Source: a bacterium
Lineage (GTDB): Bacteria > Hinthialibacterota > Hinthialibacteria > Hinthialibacterales > Hinthialibacteraceae
Direction of reading: 5' to 3'
Length of the DNA stretch: 64,000 nucleotides
Assembly: GCA_963662285.2 (NCBI GenBank)
Contig: CAXXMV010000002.1
Span: forward strand, 1,632,001-1,696,000
Shown: in pieces, positions 48,076-58,396 of the stretch
How the letters are laid out: the number at the start of each line of letters is the position of its first letter
Position numbering within the stretch: the stretch's first letter is position 1
The notes under the pieces: generated by a model
Databases searched by the model: none
The model's input: only the letters and a program-made list of their open reading frames with translations
What the model was told of the DNA's origin: nothing
Made by a program: the position numbers and the translations under genes

Positions 48076-50382
48076 ATGTCTGGCCGAAAAATCATTATTA
48101 TTTCTTCTGTAATCTTAGCGTATGCCTACTTATTAACTGGCGCGGATACGATTCCTTTTGAATATTCAGTAATAGATAAACAATTTGTTGGACATAGAGA
48201 AATCTGTGATATCAGCCGTAATGGAATGTGCGATATCGTCGCGGTCAATGACGAAGATGGACAAACCCGAATCGTCTGGTATGAATACCCCGATTGGACC
48301 AAAAGCGTTGTCTGCAATATATATGCCTTTGCTGATTATAAATCATATCAATCAGGCGATCTCGAGACCGGTGATATTGACGGTGATGGAGACTTGGATG
48401 TTATCGGACGCATAGGTAATGCAAATGATGATATAAAAGGAATAAACTGTTGGTTCGAGAATCCACTGCCCGATGGAGACCCGGCAGTGCAATTGTGGAA
48501 ACGGCATAACATCGGGATTAGTAAATATGTGAAGGATATTGAGACGGCTGATTTTAACAATGATGGCCGGTTGGATGTCGTTACCCGTACGAGTAATGAA
48601 CTGCAATATTGGCTTCAACAAAAAAAGAGTGATTCATGGATTAAAGTCACTGTCTTGGCGCCTCCAATGGAAGGCATGGAAATAGGTGATATCGACCGTG
48701 ATGGCGACCAGGATGTAGTATTGGGCGGATGCTGGATTGAAACGCCGGTTGATCTCAGGAAAGCGGATTGGAAGCGACATACTATCGATCAAAAATGGTT
48801 TAATCAGGATGCCGATAATGGCCGGGGCAACAGCTGCAAAATCGCTGTGGCGGATATGAACAATGATGGATGTCTGGATGTACTTTTTTCTCAATCAGAA
48901 CAGCCGGGATATCCCGTTTCCTGGTATCAGGCGCCTCCCGATCCTTTGAAGGGTAAGTGGATCGAGCATCAAATCGGCAAGGTGGATTATTGCCATAACC
49001 TGAAAACCGCTGATTTCGATCTTGATGGAGACTTGGATGTGTTAGCGGGAGAACAGCCGGGTAATCAAACTCCAAATCCACTTATGATTTTTGTTAATCA
49101 AGGCAATGCCCGGCAATGGACGACTCAAATCCTGTCGGAGACTGGCAATTATTGCGCTATGGTTGGCGACATCGGCAATGATGGCGATATTGATATAGTC
49201 GGATTGAAGAACTCCGGTCAGAATCTGATTGAAATGTGGGAGAATAAATCCAGCGATCAAAAACTTACATTGGATAAATGGACTTACATTCAGGTTGATG
49301 ATAGTCGCGGTAAGTGGGGCGACTATCATCAACCTGATTGGCTTAGATACTTTGGCGTTGCCATGAGTGATATGACTGGAGATGGTTTTAAGGATATCGT
49401 TTCGGGGCGTTATTTTTACCGCAACCCCGGTGGACAAATGACAGCTCCCTGGCAGCGGGTGGACTTTGGTTTGAATGTGGATGCCATTCTGACCATAGAT
49501 GTTGATGGAGACCAGTATGGCGATGTTATTGCTCAGGCTCTACCAGATATTTATTGGTTAGAAGCGCGGGATAATCAGGGCGAATTATGGAATGCGACTA
49601 AGATCGGAAAGGTTGAGGCTACCGATCATGTTAATAGTCAGGGATTCATCACAGCGCAAATTATCCCCGGAGGAAAAGAAGAATTTTTATTAGCGGCGGC
49701 TGATGGTATATATTGTTTTGAGATTCCAACAGACCTGGGAAAAAACTCATGGCGCAAGACGCGCATCACCACTCATACATGCAGCGAAGGGATTGGCGTT
49801 GGCGATGTGGATGGTGATGGCAATATTGATATCATCGCCGCTTCAGAAAAACATGATTACTTCGCCTGGTGGAAGAATCCCGGCAATGGCGCCGCTGATT
49901 GGACATTCTATAAAATCGGCAAGACGCCGCATGATGGCGACCGTTTCGTAATTACTGATATCAATGGCGACGCCAAACCGGATGTGGTTATTTCTGAAGA
50001 ACGCTATCCCGGCCCTGATCCGGATGCAAACCTATTATGGTATGAGCAGCCCGATGACCCCACCAAAGCGTGGTACAAGCATGTGATAGTAACCGAATAT
50101 TCTCTCAATAACCTTGGCGTAGCCGATATGGACCGCGATGGAGATATGGATATCGTCACCTGTGAACATAAAGGCCCGAAAGGTAAGTTTAAGTTGCAAA
50201 TCTGGAATAATGATGCACTGGGAAATTTCACCGAGCATTTAATCGATACGGGTAAAGAAAGCCATCTTGGAACCCAACTGACCGACCTGGATGGCGATGG
50301 GGATTTAGACATCGTCAGTATTGCCTGGGATAATTACAAATACCTGCATGTCTGGAGAAACGACGCTATCCAAATGCGATAA
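48076..50382 (+). CDS. Secreted FG-GAP/VCBS repeat protein (two propeller-sized halves)
   Basis: Many GD(I/V/L)DGDGD(L/I)D repeats with WxxHxI. Start could be 48070 or 48076. Confidence 0.88.
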   Translation: MSGRKIIIISSVILAYAYLLTGADTIPFEYSVIDKQFVGHREICDISRNGMCDIVAVNDEDGQTRIVWYEYPDWTKSVVCNIYAFADYKSYQSGDLETGDIDGDGDLDVIGRIGNANDDIKGINCWFENPLPDGDPAVQLWKRHNIGISKYVKDIETADFNNDGRLDVVTRTSNELQYWLQQKKSDSWIKVTVLAPPMEGMEIGDIDRDGDQDVVLGGCWIETPVDLRKADWKRHTIDQKWFNQDADNGRGNSCKIAVADMNNDGCLDVLFSQSEQPGYPVSWYQAPPDPLKGKWIEHQIGKVDYCHNLKTADFDLDGDLDVLAGEQPGNQTPNPLMIFVNQGNARQWTTQILSETGNYCAMVGDIGNDGDIDIVGLKNSGQNLIEMWENKSSDQKLTLDKWTYIQVDDSRGKWGDYHQPDWLRYFGVAMSDMTGDGFKDIVSGRYFYRNPGGQMTAPWQRVDFGLNVDAILTIDVDGDQYGDVIAQALPDIYWLEARDNQGELWNATKIGKVEATDHVNSQGFITAQIIPGGKEEFLLAAADGIYCFEIPTDLGKNSWRKTRITTHTCSEGIGVGDVDGDGNIDIIAASEKHDYFAWWKNPGNGAADWTFYKIGKTPHDGDRFVITDINGDAKPDVVISEERYPGPDPDANLLWYEQPDDPTKAWYKHVIVTEYSLNNLGVADMDRDGDMDIVTCEHKGPKGKFKLQIWNNDALGNFTEHLIDTGKESHLGTQLTDLDGDGDLDIVSIAWDNYKYLHVWRNDAIQMR

Positions 50383-50445
50383 TGTCAACTATAGTTTTGA
50401 AAACATTGTTTGAAAATTGTAAATACCAATCATAAAGGTGATGCA

Positions 50446-51492
50446 ATGAACCATTCATGTCACCCCTCGAAATTACTAACCTTTCTATTTTCAGGAATTC
50501 TTCTATTCGCCGCATTATGGTGCGCTTCGGCGCAGCCGCCCTATCCGAAAAGTCCGGTTATCGTCGATGTGAAGTGGGCGCCCGTTTCGCAGATTATTCG
50601 TATGGCCAAGGGCAGCGATAACTGGCCTATGACCTGGGCGGATGATGGAAACCTTTATACAGCCTATGGAGATGGCAATGGTTTTAAGCCATTTACCGAA
50701 GAAAAACTTAGCCTGGGTTTGGCCTGCGTTTTTGGATTCCCGCCCGATATCCGAGCCGAAAACATCCGCTCAAAATCCGGCGAAACAATTGGTGATGGAA
50801 AAAAAGGCGGCAAAGCCAGCGGGCTGTTAATGGTTGATGGCCTGCTCTATATGTGGATTCGCAACGCCAACAATTCTCAACTCAGTTGGTCGCAGGATCA
50901 TGGGAGAACATGGGAGAAGTGCGATTGGAAATTTACTGAAAGTTTCGGCTGCCCGACCTTCTTGAATTTTGGCAGGGATTATCAAGGCGCCAGGGATGAT
51001 TATGTATATATCTACTCGCAGGATTCCGGCAGCGCTTATGATGCAGCGGATGGCATGGTTATGGCTCGGGTTCCCAAAGACCAATTAACCAGGCGGGATT
51101 CGTATGAGTTCTTTGAAAAACTTTCTCCACAAAATGCACCCCGATGGACTAAAAACATAGATCAACGGGGCGCTGTTTTCGAGTTTAAGAATAACTGTTA
51201 TCGATCTGGTATAAGTTATAATCCAGGATTAAAACGTTATCTATGGCGTCAAACTCTTCCGGGAGACGCTCCCAGGTTCAAAGGCGGTTTTGCTATATAC
51301 GACGCTCCCGAACCGTGGGGACCGTGGACTACTGCTTATTTTGTGGATCAATGGGACGTCGGTCCCGGTGAAACAGGCGTCTTTCCGGTCAAGTGGATCA
51401 GCGATGATGGACGATTCGCCTACCTTGTTTTTTCGGGCGACGATTATTTTTCCGTACGGAAAGCTGAATTTATTTTGTCTTCTGATAACTAG
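50446..51492 (+). CDS. Secreted DUF4185-like beta-propeller protein
   Basis: Signal peptide. SDNWPMTWADDG, Asp-box SQDHGRTW, APEPWGPW. Confidence 0.7.
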   Translation: MNHSCHPSKLLTFLFSGILLFAALWCASAQPPYPKSPVIVDVKWAPVSQIIRMAKGSDNWPMTWADDGNLYTAYGDGNGFKPFTEEKLSLGLACVFGFPPDIRAENIRSKSGETIGDGKKGGKASGLLMVDGLLYMWIRNANNSQLSWSQDHGRTWEKCDWKFTESFGCPTFLNFGRDYQGARDDYVYIYSQDSGSAYDAADGMVMARVPKDQLTRRDSYEFFEKLSPQNAPRWTKNIDQRGAVFEFKNNCYRSGISYNPGLKRYLWRQTLPGDAPRFKGGFAIYDAPEPWGPWTTAYFVDQWDVGPGETGVFPVKWISDDGRFAYLVFSGDDYFSVRKAEFILSSDN

Positions 51493-51657
51493 CGTGACTA
51501 TCTGAAATATGTTGGTTTATCTCTTTGTCTGTTCTTTTTCGGTTTCTCCATTTCCTGCGTTTATTTTTAATCATCATAAATTATGAAGATATAGACAGGT
51601 CAAGGGCGTTATAAACAAGTATCAGTATTTCTTCCGGGGATAACCAGAAAACAATAA

Positions 51658-51711
51658 ATATCTACAAAAGTCGATTTTTTACTTGACAATATCGACTTTT
51701 GTAGATATTGT
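51658..51711 (+). promoter_or_regulatory. Sigma70 promoter with two inverted BlaI/CopY-type operators
   Basis: ATATCTACAAAAGTCGAT (51658-75) and its exact reverse complement (51691-708) flank TTGACA (51683-88). TATTGT lies 17 bp downstream of TTGACA. Confidence 0.8.
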
Positions 51712-51755
51712 CTTTTTAAAAAGACGTTGAGCGTTATAGAAAAGGAAAGAAAATC

Positions 51756-52169
51756 ATGACTGCTGCTGAAATCAGGCTGCCGGAATCGGAGCTCCAGGCC
51801 ATGGAGGCCTTGTGGGAAAAAGGGCCATGCACTGTGAGGGATATCCGCGAGGCGATTGAAGAAAAACGAGGTGAGGCTTTGGCTCACTCGACGGTGGTTA
51901 CCATGCTCCAGCGCTTGGAAAAGAAGGGGCTTATCCAAAAAACTGGTGAGCAAGTGGGTAAAGCGTTCATCTTTAAAGCGGTGCTGAAACCTGACCGCGC
52001 CCAGCAGCATTTTTTGAAAAAATACCTGACCCGTTTTCTGGGCAACGATCCGATCCCGGTTTTTTCGTGGCTGATTGAAAGCGGCGACCTGAATATGGAT
52101 GAAATCGCCCAGGTGCGTAAGATGCTGGAGGCGCAGGAACGTAAGCAAAAGGGAGACGCCGATGATTAG
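51756..52169 (+). CDS. BlaI/MecI/CopY family repressor
   Basis: SELQAMEALWEKGPCTVRDI...STVVTMLQRLEKKG...GKAFIF. Confidence 0.93.
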   Translation: MTAAEIRLPESELQAMEALWEKGPCTVRDIREAIEEKRGEALAHSTVVTMLQRLEKKGLIQKTGEQVGKAFIFKAVLKPDRAQQHFLKKYLTRFLGNDPIPVFSWLIESGDLNMDEIAQVRKMLEAQERKQKGDADD

Positions 52170-53988
52170 CGAATTGTTGCAGACTTTTTCTACGGTCTGG
52201 TGGGATTGGCTCTTGGCCTGTCTTCCCGGCGCTTTGATCATCTATCTGGCTGCTGAACTTGTGCTGCGACTTGGCAAAAACTGGCCCGCCCGTTTGCGGT
52301 ATGCCATCCTGCTATTGCTGCTGGTTAAATGCGTGGTTCCCGCTCCGTGGACTGTGGAATTGCCCTTTGCGGCGGCGGAGAAGCCGGATTTATCCCAGTA
52401 TCTGGTTCCTGGAATTGACCAGTTGATTGACCAAGGCGTCAAAGAAAAAACGGTTCAAGCGCCAGTGGTGGATTCAAACGCTGTTGTTGCTGAAGAGCCC
52501 GGTTTTGTATTTCCGCCTTTGTCGCAGGTTCTTTTTGTTATCAATATTATCGGCGCCCTTCTGGTGTTCGGGATGGTTTTATCCAGAGTCTTCAAACTGC
52601 ATTGGCGGCTTTGGGGAGCGCCGCAGGATGAGTCTATCAAACAACTCTGCGCTCCAATCTGCGTGCGCATGGGGCTTCGGGTTCCACGTATTTATATAAT
52701 GCCGCAAGTTAGCGGCCCAGTTACGGGTGGATTATTTTTTCCTTACATCCTCATTCCTGCTGGATTACTAGAAAAGCCGCAGGATTATCAGACCTCGGTT
52801 TTAGCGCATGAGTTAGCCCATATAAAACGCAGGGATTCGTTAGTTAATTATGTTCAAATAATTATTACATCTCTCTTCTGGTGGAACCCGATAGTAGCGC
52901 GGGTCAATCATTTAATCCGTTGCGAGCGAGAGCATTGCTGCGACGACATGGTGATCCGCTTGATGCAGATCGCGCCGCAGGATTATTCCAATGTCCTGTT
53001 GGATGCGGCGGAGGAACAAGTACGGCGTCACGGTTATGGCTGGGGGCTGGCCTTCGCCTATCCCAGACATGCCATATATCAACGTATAAGGAGAATGGTC
53101 ATGGAACAGAAACAACGTAAAAGACTTTGGATTGTTAGTACGGCAGTAACAGGGATTTTCGCCTTCTCTATTGTATGCGGCTTCCAGATCGCCAAAGCGA
53201 AATCGCAACAGGATCAACTGCTCGAATTGATGCAAGGATTGCAGCAAATGCAATTAGTCATCATGAAGGCCTACTCCGAAGGCCTCGATCTCAGCGAAGA
53301 GGATATGAAAAATGAGATTGAACTCTTTGCCAAGTCAGCTCGCCGACTAAATGATGTCTTGCATGGAATGACTGATGAAAAGAAGCAGGCGATTGGACTT
53401 AAAGAAGAGAAAAAATTGGGTCTTGATAATTTGAGAGCGGAATTGCTTGAATTATATCGTTTAGGTAAGACTGATGAATTTGAGTTAAAGAAAAGGGAGT
53501 TATTTGAGAAACAAAAAGATTACTACAACTGGGATGCGAATATTGAATATCAACCTAGATGGATAACTGACGAAGTAATGTCTGCCGGGATTGCACGGGC
53601 TGAATCAGAAACGCGTGCACTCAAAAACGCGTTGGAATGCTTTTTTATCGACCATAAAACCTATCCCATACCAATAGAAGGCAACCGGCTTGATCAGGCG
53701 GGCATCAAAATCGGGGAAGGCGCTAATGCAAAAATCCTACGGTTAACGACTCCAGTTGCCTATTTAACCAAAATTCCAGTAGATCCATTCGATCCTGAGG
53801 GGAAACCATATCGTTATTTCAGCAACGGGGTTAGTTATTATGCGCTTGCTTCGCATGGTCCCGACTTGAAAGCCACTTTTGATGTTTCGTTATGGAAAGG
53901 TAAGGGGAAAACTGATGTACGTCCTTATCTATATCTCAAAGAAAACGGCGCCCGCAGTTCCGGTGATATTATCAATTCCGGGCCATAA
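52162..53988 (+). CDS. M56 (BlaR1/MecR1-type) metallopeptidase with C-terminal GspG-like domain
   Basis: TM helices, VLAHELAHIKRRD, FWWNP, EREHCCDD. Start MISELL overlaps the end of blaI. Confidence 0.9.
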   Translation: MISELLQTFSTVWWDWLLACLPGALIIYLAAELVLRLGKNWPARLRYAILLLLLVKCVVPAPWTVELPFAAAEKPDLSQYLVPGIDQLIDQGVKEKTVQAPVVDSNAVVAEEPGFVFPPLSQVLFVINIIGALLVFGMVLSRVFKLHWRLWGAPQDESIKQLCAPICVRMGLRVPRIYIMPQVSGPVTGGLFFPYILIPAGLLEKPQDYQTSVLAHELAHIKRRDSLVNYVQIIITSLFWWNPIVARVNHLIRCEREHCCDDMVIRLMQIAPQDYSNVLLDAAEEQVRRHGYGWGLAFAYPRHAIYQRIRRMVMEQKQRKRLWIVSTAVTGIFAFSIVCGFQIAKAKSQQDQLLELMQGLQQMQLVIMKAYSEGLDLSEEDMKNEIELFAKSARRLNDVLHGMTDEKKQAIGLKEEKKLGLDNLRAELLELYRLGKTDEFELKKRELFEKQKDYYNWDANIEYQPRWITDEVMSAGIARAESETRALKNALECFFIDHKTYPIPIEGNRLDQAGIKIGEGANAKILRLTTPVAYLTKIPVDPFDPEGKPYRYFSNGVSYYALASHGPDLKATFDVSLWKGKGKTDVRPYLYLKENGARSSGDIINSGP

Positions 53989-54048
53989 GCAAAAGGATGT
54001 CGCCAATAATTAACGAGTATTGGTCGTTCCAAATTGTCTATAATCTTA

Positions 54049-55371
54049 TCAATCCAGTTTGTTTTGAATTGCGTCTGCTAATGCCGTCCCGATTAATATG
54101 TGGCCTGCCTGGTCGTAGTGGCTTTCATCGACCAGGCGACCACAGAAGAAATTTTCCAGATCGATGATTTTACCATTCACCCTGGTTTTATATATCTGAC
54201 CGTTGGCGAGTTCATAGCCTTCGTTTTCAAATTGATCGAGATAATTGTTTATATCAGGATTATCGGTATACCGGTTGATTTGATATATGGCCTTCCGGCT
54301 GTTGAGGGTTGGGATTGCTTCACGCTTGGCGATCTCTTGTATGATATCGAAATAAGATTTCTGGCTGCGTAATATGGCTTCGCCGTGCAGCGAGCCAATG
54401 GATTGATGATTTTTGAAATGTTGATCGGCCTGCTTTTCATCATTGATTGATCGGTAGCATACTCCAAGAAGATACTGGCGATAGGCTGCGGCGGCGATAT
54501 GCAGATCGGGATTTGACTCGAGCAACTGAATGGCGGTCTGATACCCTTTATTTTCTATCAATTGAGCTGCCTGCTCAGTGACCTCAAACACAGCGGGATT
54601 CTGGTCGATCATTAGAATGATTGGTTCTATATCGTGCTGACGGCATGTTTTGATAAAGGCGTCCAGCTCCCGCCGGAATACATCTTCATCTACCCTTATT
54701 TTAACCCGGTCTAATGATGGCGCCTGTTGTTTTAATTGATCCAGTTTATTTTTCCCCAACTCATAACTGACGGCGTAGAAAAGATTGCTGTGTTGCAGGA
54801 ACCCGATGATATTACGCAGCAGCGCTATTCGTTTGAACGATGCGGCGGAGTCCGGCGGAGTGAGAAGCAGATAGCGGCGGTCATTATACCCCGCCGCCAG
54901 AATGGCTATGTCGGGTTGATAAGCCAGAAGTTGTTCTAACCTGGCGCGGCATTGCACAATTGAATAACCCGGCGTTCCGGCATTCATCACTTCAGCGTTG
55001 ACCCCCTCCTTGCGTAACTGTTCTTGCAGTACATGGGAATAAGTAAACTGATCGCCTACGGCCAGACCGTATGAACGGGAGTCGCCGAGAGTCAGGATGC
55101 GCAAGGCGTGCTGCGAGGTTATAGGGTATTCCTCTTGCCCTCGGAAACCTGCGGAATTGGTATGGACGCGGCGCCCGTTTACGGTTGCGTCGATGGAAGG
55201 GCGCAGCCGCCAGCAGGTTCCGGCGTCCCAATGGTAATATTTCAAATCGCCCTGCTGCCGTAGAGACGAATATTTTGATCCCACATATATTTCAAGACAC
55301 AACCAGAGCAAGGCGGTGAGGAGAGTGCAGAACACTGCTTTTTTTGAGATGGTTGGTGTTGATAGTTTCAT
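54049..55371 (-). CDS. SGNH/GDSL hydrolase family protein, N-terminally anchored
   Basis: LGDSRSYG, NAGTPGY, GYND, DESH. Confidence 0.85.
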   Translation of the reverse strand: MKLSTPTISKKAVFCTLLTALLWLCLEIYVGSKYSSLRQQGDLKYYHWDAGTCWRLRPSIDATVNGRRVHTNSAGFRGQEEYPITSQHALRILTLGDSRSYGLAVGDQFTYSHVLQEQLRKEGVNAEVMNAGTPGYSIVQCRARLEQLLAYQPDIAILAAGYNDRRYLLLTPPDSAASFKRIALLRNIIGFLQHSNLFYAVSYELGKNKLDQLKQQAPSLDRVKIRVDEDVFRRELDAFIKTCRQHDIEPIILMIDQNPAVFEVTEQAAQLIENKGYQTAIQLLESNPDLHIAAAAYRQYLLGVCYRSINDEKQADQHFKNHQSIGSLHGEAILRSQKSYFDIIQEIAKREAIPTLNSRKAIYQINRYTDNPDINNYLDQFENEGYELANGQIYKTRVNGKIIDLENFFCGRLVDESHYDQAGHILIGTALADAIQNKLD

Positions 55372-55461
55372 GTTTAGAGAACCGCTTGCATATTGAATCA
55401 AAGATTGAGTATAATAAAGAAGCTGAAAATCCGGCAGTACTCACGCATGGGGGACGATATC

Positions 55462-55629
55462 ATGAAGACAATTCTCGCAGCTATTTGCCGGTTATGCCCG
55501 TTTTGCATAGCCCGCAGAGCATGGCCTGACAGTTCTTATGGACGGTTCATGGTTAAAATAGAAAAGCACTGCCCATTTTGTAAAGCCTACGATGAGTTGC
55601 ATGATATTAAGCCGCCTGATGAACAGTAA
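55462..55629 (+). CDS. Small Cys-rich protein (CxxCPFC ... CPFC)
   Basis: MKTILAAICRLCPFCIARRAWP...HCPFCKAYDELH. GGGGA SD. Confidence 0.6.
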   Translation: MKTILAAICRLCPFCIARRAWPDSSYGRFMVKIEKHCPFCKAYDELHDIKPPDEQ

Positions 55630-55663
55630 AGCGGCGCCGCTATGTATGGTGGAATAAAGCTAA

Positions 55664-55754
55664 GTAGGGTGGGCTAAAAGCGAAGCGTAGCCCACCAAAG
55701 CCACCAATGCATCATGGTGGGCTACGCCGCTTCGCGGCTTTTAGCCCACCCTAC
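55664..55754. repeat. GTAG REP doublet (REPIN), copy 2
   Basis: Near-identical arms to 21382..21473. Confidence 0.9.
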
Positions 55755-55850
55755 CTGGTTTTAGGGATAGCCGTTTTGTCATATTTTTGATATGGTAGAA
55801 GCCTATAACTTCAAGATATTTCTTTGGTCCATAAGGAGTTTATTTTTATA

Positions 55851-56744
55851 ATGAGCGATATAACCAGACGAGAATTTATAAAGACGTCAGTAATCGGCGC
55901 GGGAGCATTGGTCGCTTCACCGGTATTGGCGGCGGAGCAGGTTAAATGCTGCGCCAAATTTCAGGCTTGCGACCGGGTAGCATTAGGCAAAACCGGGATT
56001 GTCGCTTCACGTCTGGCCATGGGAACCGGCATGCATGGTTCTGAAAGGTCATCGGATCATACTAGACTTGGACAGGAAAAATTCACCGAACTGATCCGGC
56101 ATGGTTACGATAATGGCTTGAACTTTTTCGATATGGCCGATCTTTATGGCAGCCACCCCTTTATGAAAAATGCGCTGCAAGGCATCCCGCGCGATAAATA
56201 TGTTTTGTTGAGCAAACTGTGGTTCCGGGAAGGAAAAGTGATTAAACCATCCGGCGGCGCCATAAAAGAAGTGGATCAATACCGTAAAGAATTGGGTACG
56301 GATATTATCGATGTGGTCTTGATTCATTGCGCTAACAAGCCAACCTGGGCCGAAGACTTGAAGCGGGTGCGCGATGAACTTTCACAGCTCAAAGAAAAAG
56401 GCGCCATCCGCGCCTGCGGCGTCTCATGTCATAGTCATGAGTGTTTGAAAGTCGCCGCTGAAATAGAGTGGACCGACGTCATCCTGGCGCGCATCAATAA
56501 TACCGGCGCCAAAATGGGCGCCTCTCCGGAAGAGATCAGCAATACTCTCGCTAAAGCGCGGGCTAATGGCAAGTGCGTGTTAGGCATGAAAATATTCGGC
56601 GAAGGAACTCTGATCCAACCGGAACAAAAAGACGCCTCGTTGAAATATATTCTTAAAAACGACATTATAGACGCCATGACCATCGGTATGCTCAGCACTG
56701 AGCAGGTTGATGATAGTATGAAACGTATTGCAGGAGTCTCTTGA
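55851..56744 (+). CDS. Aldo/keto reductase with Tat signal
   Basis: TRREFIK, LGKTG..SRLAMGT, FDMADLYG, GMKIFGEG. Confidence 0.9.
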   Translation: MSDITRREFIKTSVIGAGALVASPVLAAEQVKCCAKFQACDRVALGKTGIVASRLAMGTGMHGSERSSDHTRLGQEKFTELIRHGYDNGLNFFDMADLYGSHPFMKNALQGIPRDKYVLLSKLWFREGKVIKPSGGAIKEVDQYRKELGTDIIDVVLIHCANKPTWAEDLKRVRDELSQLKEKGAIRACGVSCHSHECLKVAAEIEWTDVILARINNTGAKMGASPEEISNTLAKARANGKCVLGMKIFGEGTLIQPEQKDASLKYILKNDIIDAMTIGMLSTEQVDDSMKRIAGVS

Positions 56745-56762
56745 ACGCACTAGTGTTATTAG

Positions 56763-56812
56763 GGGTGGCAAGGGCAAGACCGCATTGCGGTCAGCCCTTG
56801 ATCAAGCCACCC
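56763..56812 (+). repeat. CAAGGGC..GCCCTTG hairpin repeat, copy 3
   Basis: gggtggc-aagggcaagaccgcattgcggtcagcccttgatcaa-gccaccc. Confidence 0.75.
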
Positions 56813-56868
56813 AATATAAGGGGAGTTGAGAGTATAAGAAAATACAGTTTGAATTGAAAGGATAGACC

Positions 56869-58326
56869 ATGCGCCGCTTGATTGCACGACGTGAATTTAT
56901 GGGACAGGCCGCCGTTGGTTCATTGATGGCCTTATCGGGCTGCGCCACAACTCAAGTGGCCAGACGCAAAGAGCAGCGATCGCCCAACATCGTCATAATT
57001 ATGACGGACGATCAGGGTTACGCTGATACAGGCGCTTTCGGCGCCAAGGATTTTGAAACCCCCAATCTGGACCGGATGGCGCAGGAAGGCATCCGCTTTA
57101 CTGACTTCCATGTTTCGCAACCGGTATGCGGAGCGTCGCGGGCGTCATTGCTGACCGGGTGCTACTCCAACCGCATCGGCATGCTGGGAGCGCCTAGTCA
57201 TAACAGTACTCATGGCATCAATAGCAATGAAATGACAATGGCTGAGTTGGTCAAGCAGAAAGATTACAAAACCGCCATTTTCGGCAAATGGCACCTGGGG
57301 CATCATAAACAGTTTCTGCCAGTCCATCACGGCTTTGATGAGTATTTCGGTTTACCATACTCCAACGACATGTGGCCTTTGCATCCAGAGGCTCCCGGTG
57401 GCTACCCGGCGTTGCCGTTGATTAAAGATGATGAAACAATTGAGTTTAATCCCGATCAATCGAAATTGACCACGCAATACACCGAACATGCCGTCAAGTT
57501 TATCGAGAAGAATCAGAGCAAGCCTTTCTTCCTATATCTGGCGCATAGTATGCCGCATGTTCCCCTGTTCGTGTCTGATAAATTTAAGGGTAAATCAAAA
57601 CAGGGGTTGTACGGCGATGTTATCATGGAGATCGACTGGTCGGTTGGTCAGGTTTTGGAAACCATCAAACGTTGCGGCCTGGATGATGACACCCTGGTTA
57701 TCTTTACTTCAGATAACGGTCCGTGGCTCAGTTATGGCGATCATGCCGGTTCGGCAGGACCGTTGCGCGAAGGCAAGGGAACCACTTGGGACGGCGGGCA
57801 CCGCGAACCGACTATCATGCGTTGGCCGGGCGCCATCCGCGCTGGAAGCGTATGCAGCGAGCCATGTATGACTATCGACCTGCTGCCCACTATCGCTGGA
57901 TTGACGGGAACCACTCCGCCGCAGCATAAGATAGATGGATTGGATATCTGGCCGTTGATTTCCGGCGATGCTAAAGCCAAATCCCCTCATGAAGCGCTTT
58001 ATTTCTATTGGGGCGATCACCTGCAGGCGGTGCGCAGCGGCAAGTGGAAAATGCATTTACCGCATGACTACCGCACATTGGCCGGACGTAAAGGCGGCTC
58101 GGGCGGCATACCGGTCAAGTATAGTCAGACCAAGACTGGTCTGGCCCTGTATGATATGGAAAAAGATATCGGCGAACTGCATGATGTCGCTAAAGAGAAT
58201 CCCGCAGTTGTGCGGCGCTTGCAAGCTCTGGCTGATAAAGCGCGAGCTGAGTTGGGCGACAAGGGAATCAAAGGCAGCGGTTACAGGCCGCCGGGGCAGC
58301 TCAAAGTTACAAATAAACCAGCATAA
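56869..58326 (+). CDS. Cys-type arylsulfatase (S1), Tat/lipoprotein signal
   Basis: [46 protein letters not shown]. Confidence 0.95.
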   Translation: MRRLIARREFMGQAAVGSLMALSGCATTQVARRKEQRSPNIVIIMTDDQGYADTGAFGAKDFETPNLDRMAQEGIRFTDFHVSQPVCGASRASLLTGCYSNRIGMLGAPSHNSTHGINSNEMTMAELVKQKDYKTAIFGKWHLGHHKQFLPVHHGFDEYFGLPYSNDMWPLHPEAPGGYPALPLIKDDETIEFNPDQSKLTTQYTEHAVKFIEKNQSKPFFLYLAHSMPHVPLFVSDKFKGKSKQGLYGDVIMEIDWSVGQVLETIKRCGLDDDTLVIFTSDNGPWLSYGDHAGSAGPLREGKGTTWDGGHREPTIMRWPGAIRAGSVCSEPCMTIDLLPTIAGLTGTTPPQHKIDGLDIWPLISGDAKAKSPHEALYFYWGDHLQAVRSGKWKMHLPHDYRTLAGRKGGSGGIPVKYSQTKTGLALYDMEKDIGELHDVAKENPAVVRRLQALADKARAELGDKGIKGSGYRPPGQLKVTNKPA

Positions 58327-58332
58327 TATATC

Positions 58333-58362
58333 AAAAAGCGCTGCCTTGCGGGAGCGCTTTTT
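58333..58362 (+). terminator. Rho-independent terminator
   Basis: AAAAAGCGCT...AGCGCTTTTT. Confidence 0.7.
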
Positions 58363-58396
58363 AACATGAATGATTGATTTTAATATGGAGAAGAAG

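Noticed and set aside
51609-52241. 210-aa minus-strand ORF, and similar antisense ORFs throughout the track (e.g. 224..667, 558..884, 45437..46003, 62119..62685)
   Set aside because: These are shadows or alternate frames of well-supported genes.
51756-53988. Beta-lactam resistance locus (blaI/blaR1)
   Set aside because: There is no penicillin-binding sensor domain and no beta-lactamase nearby, so no gene symbols were assigned.
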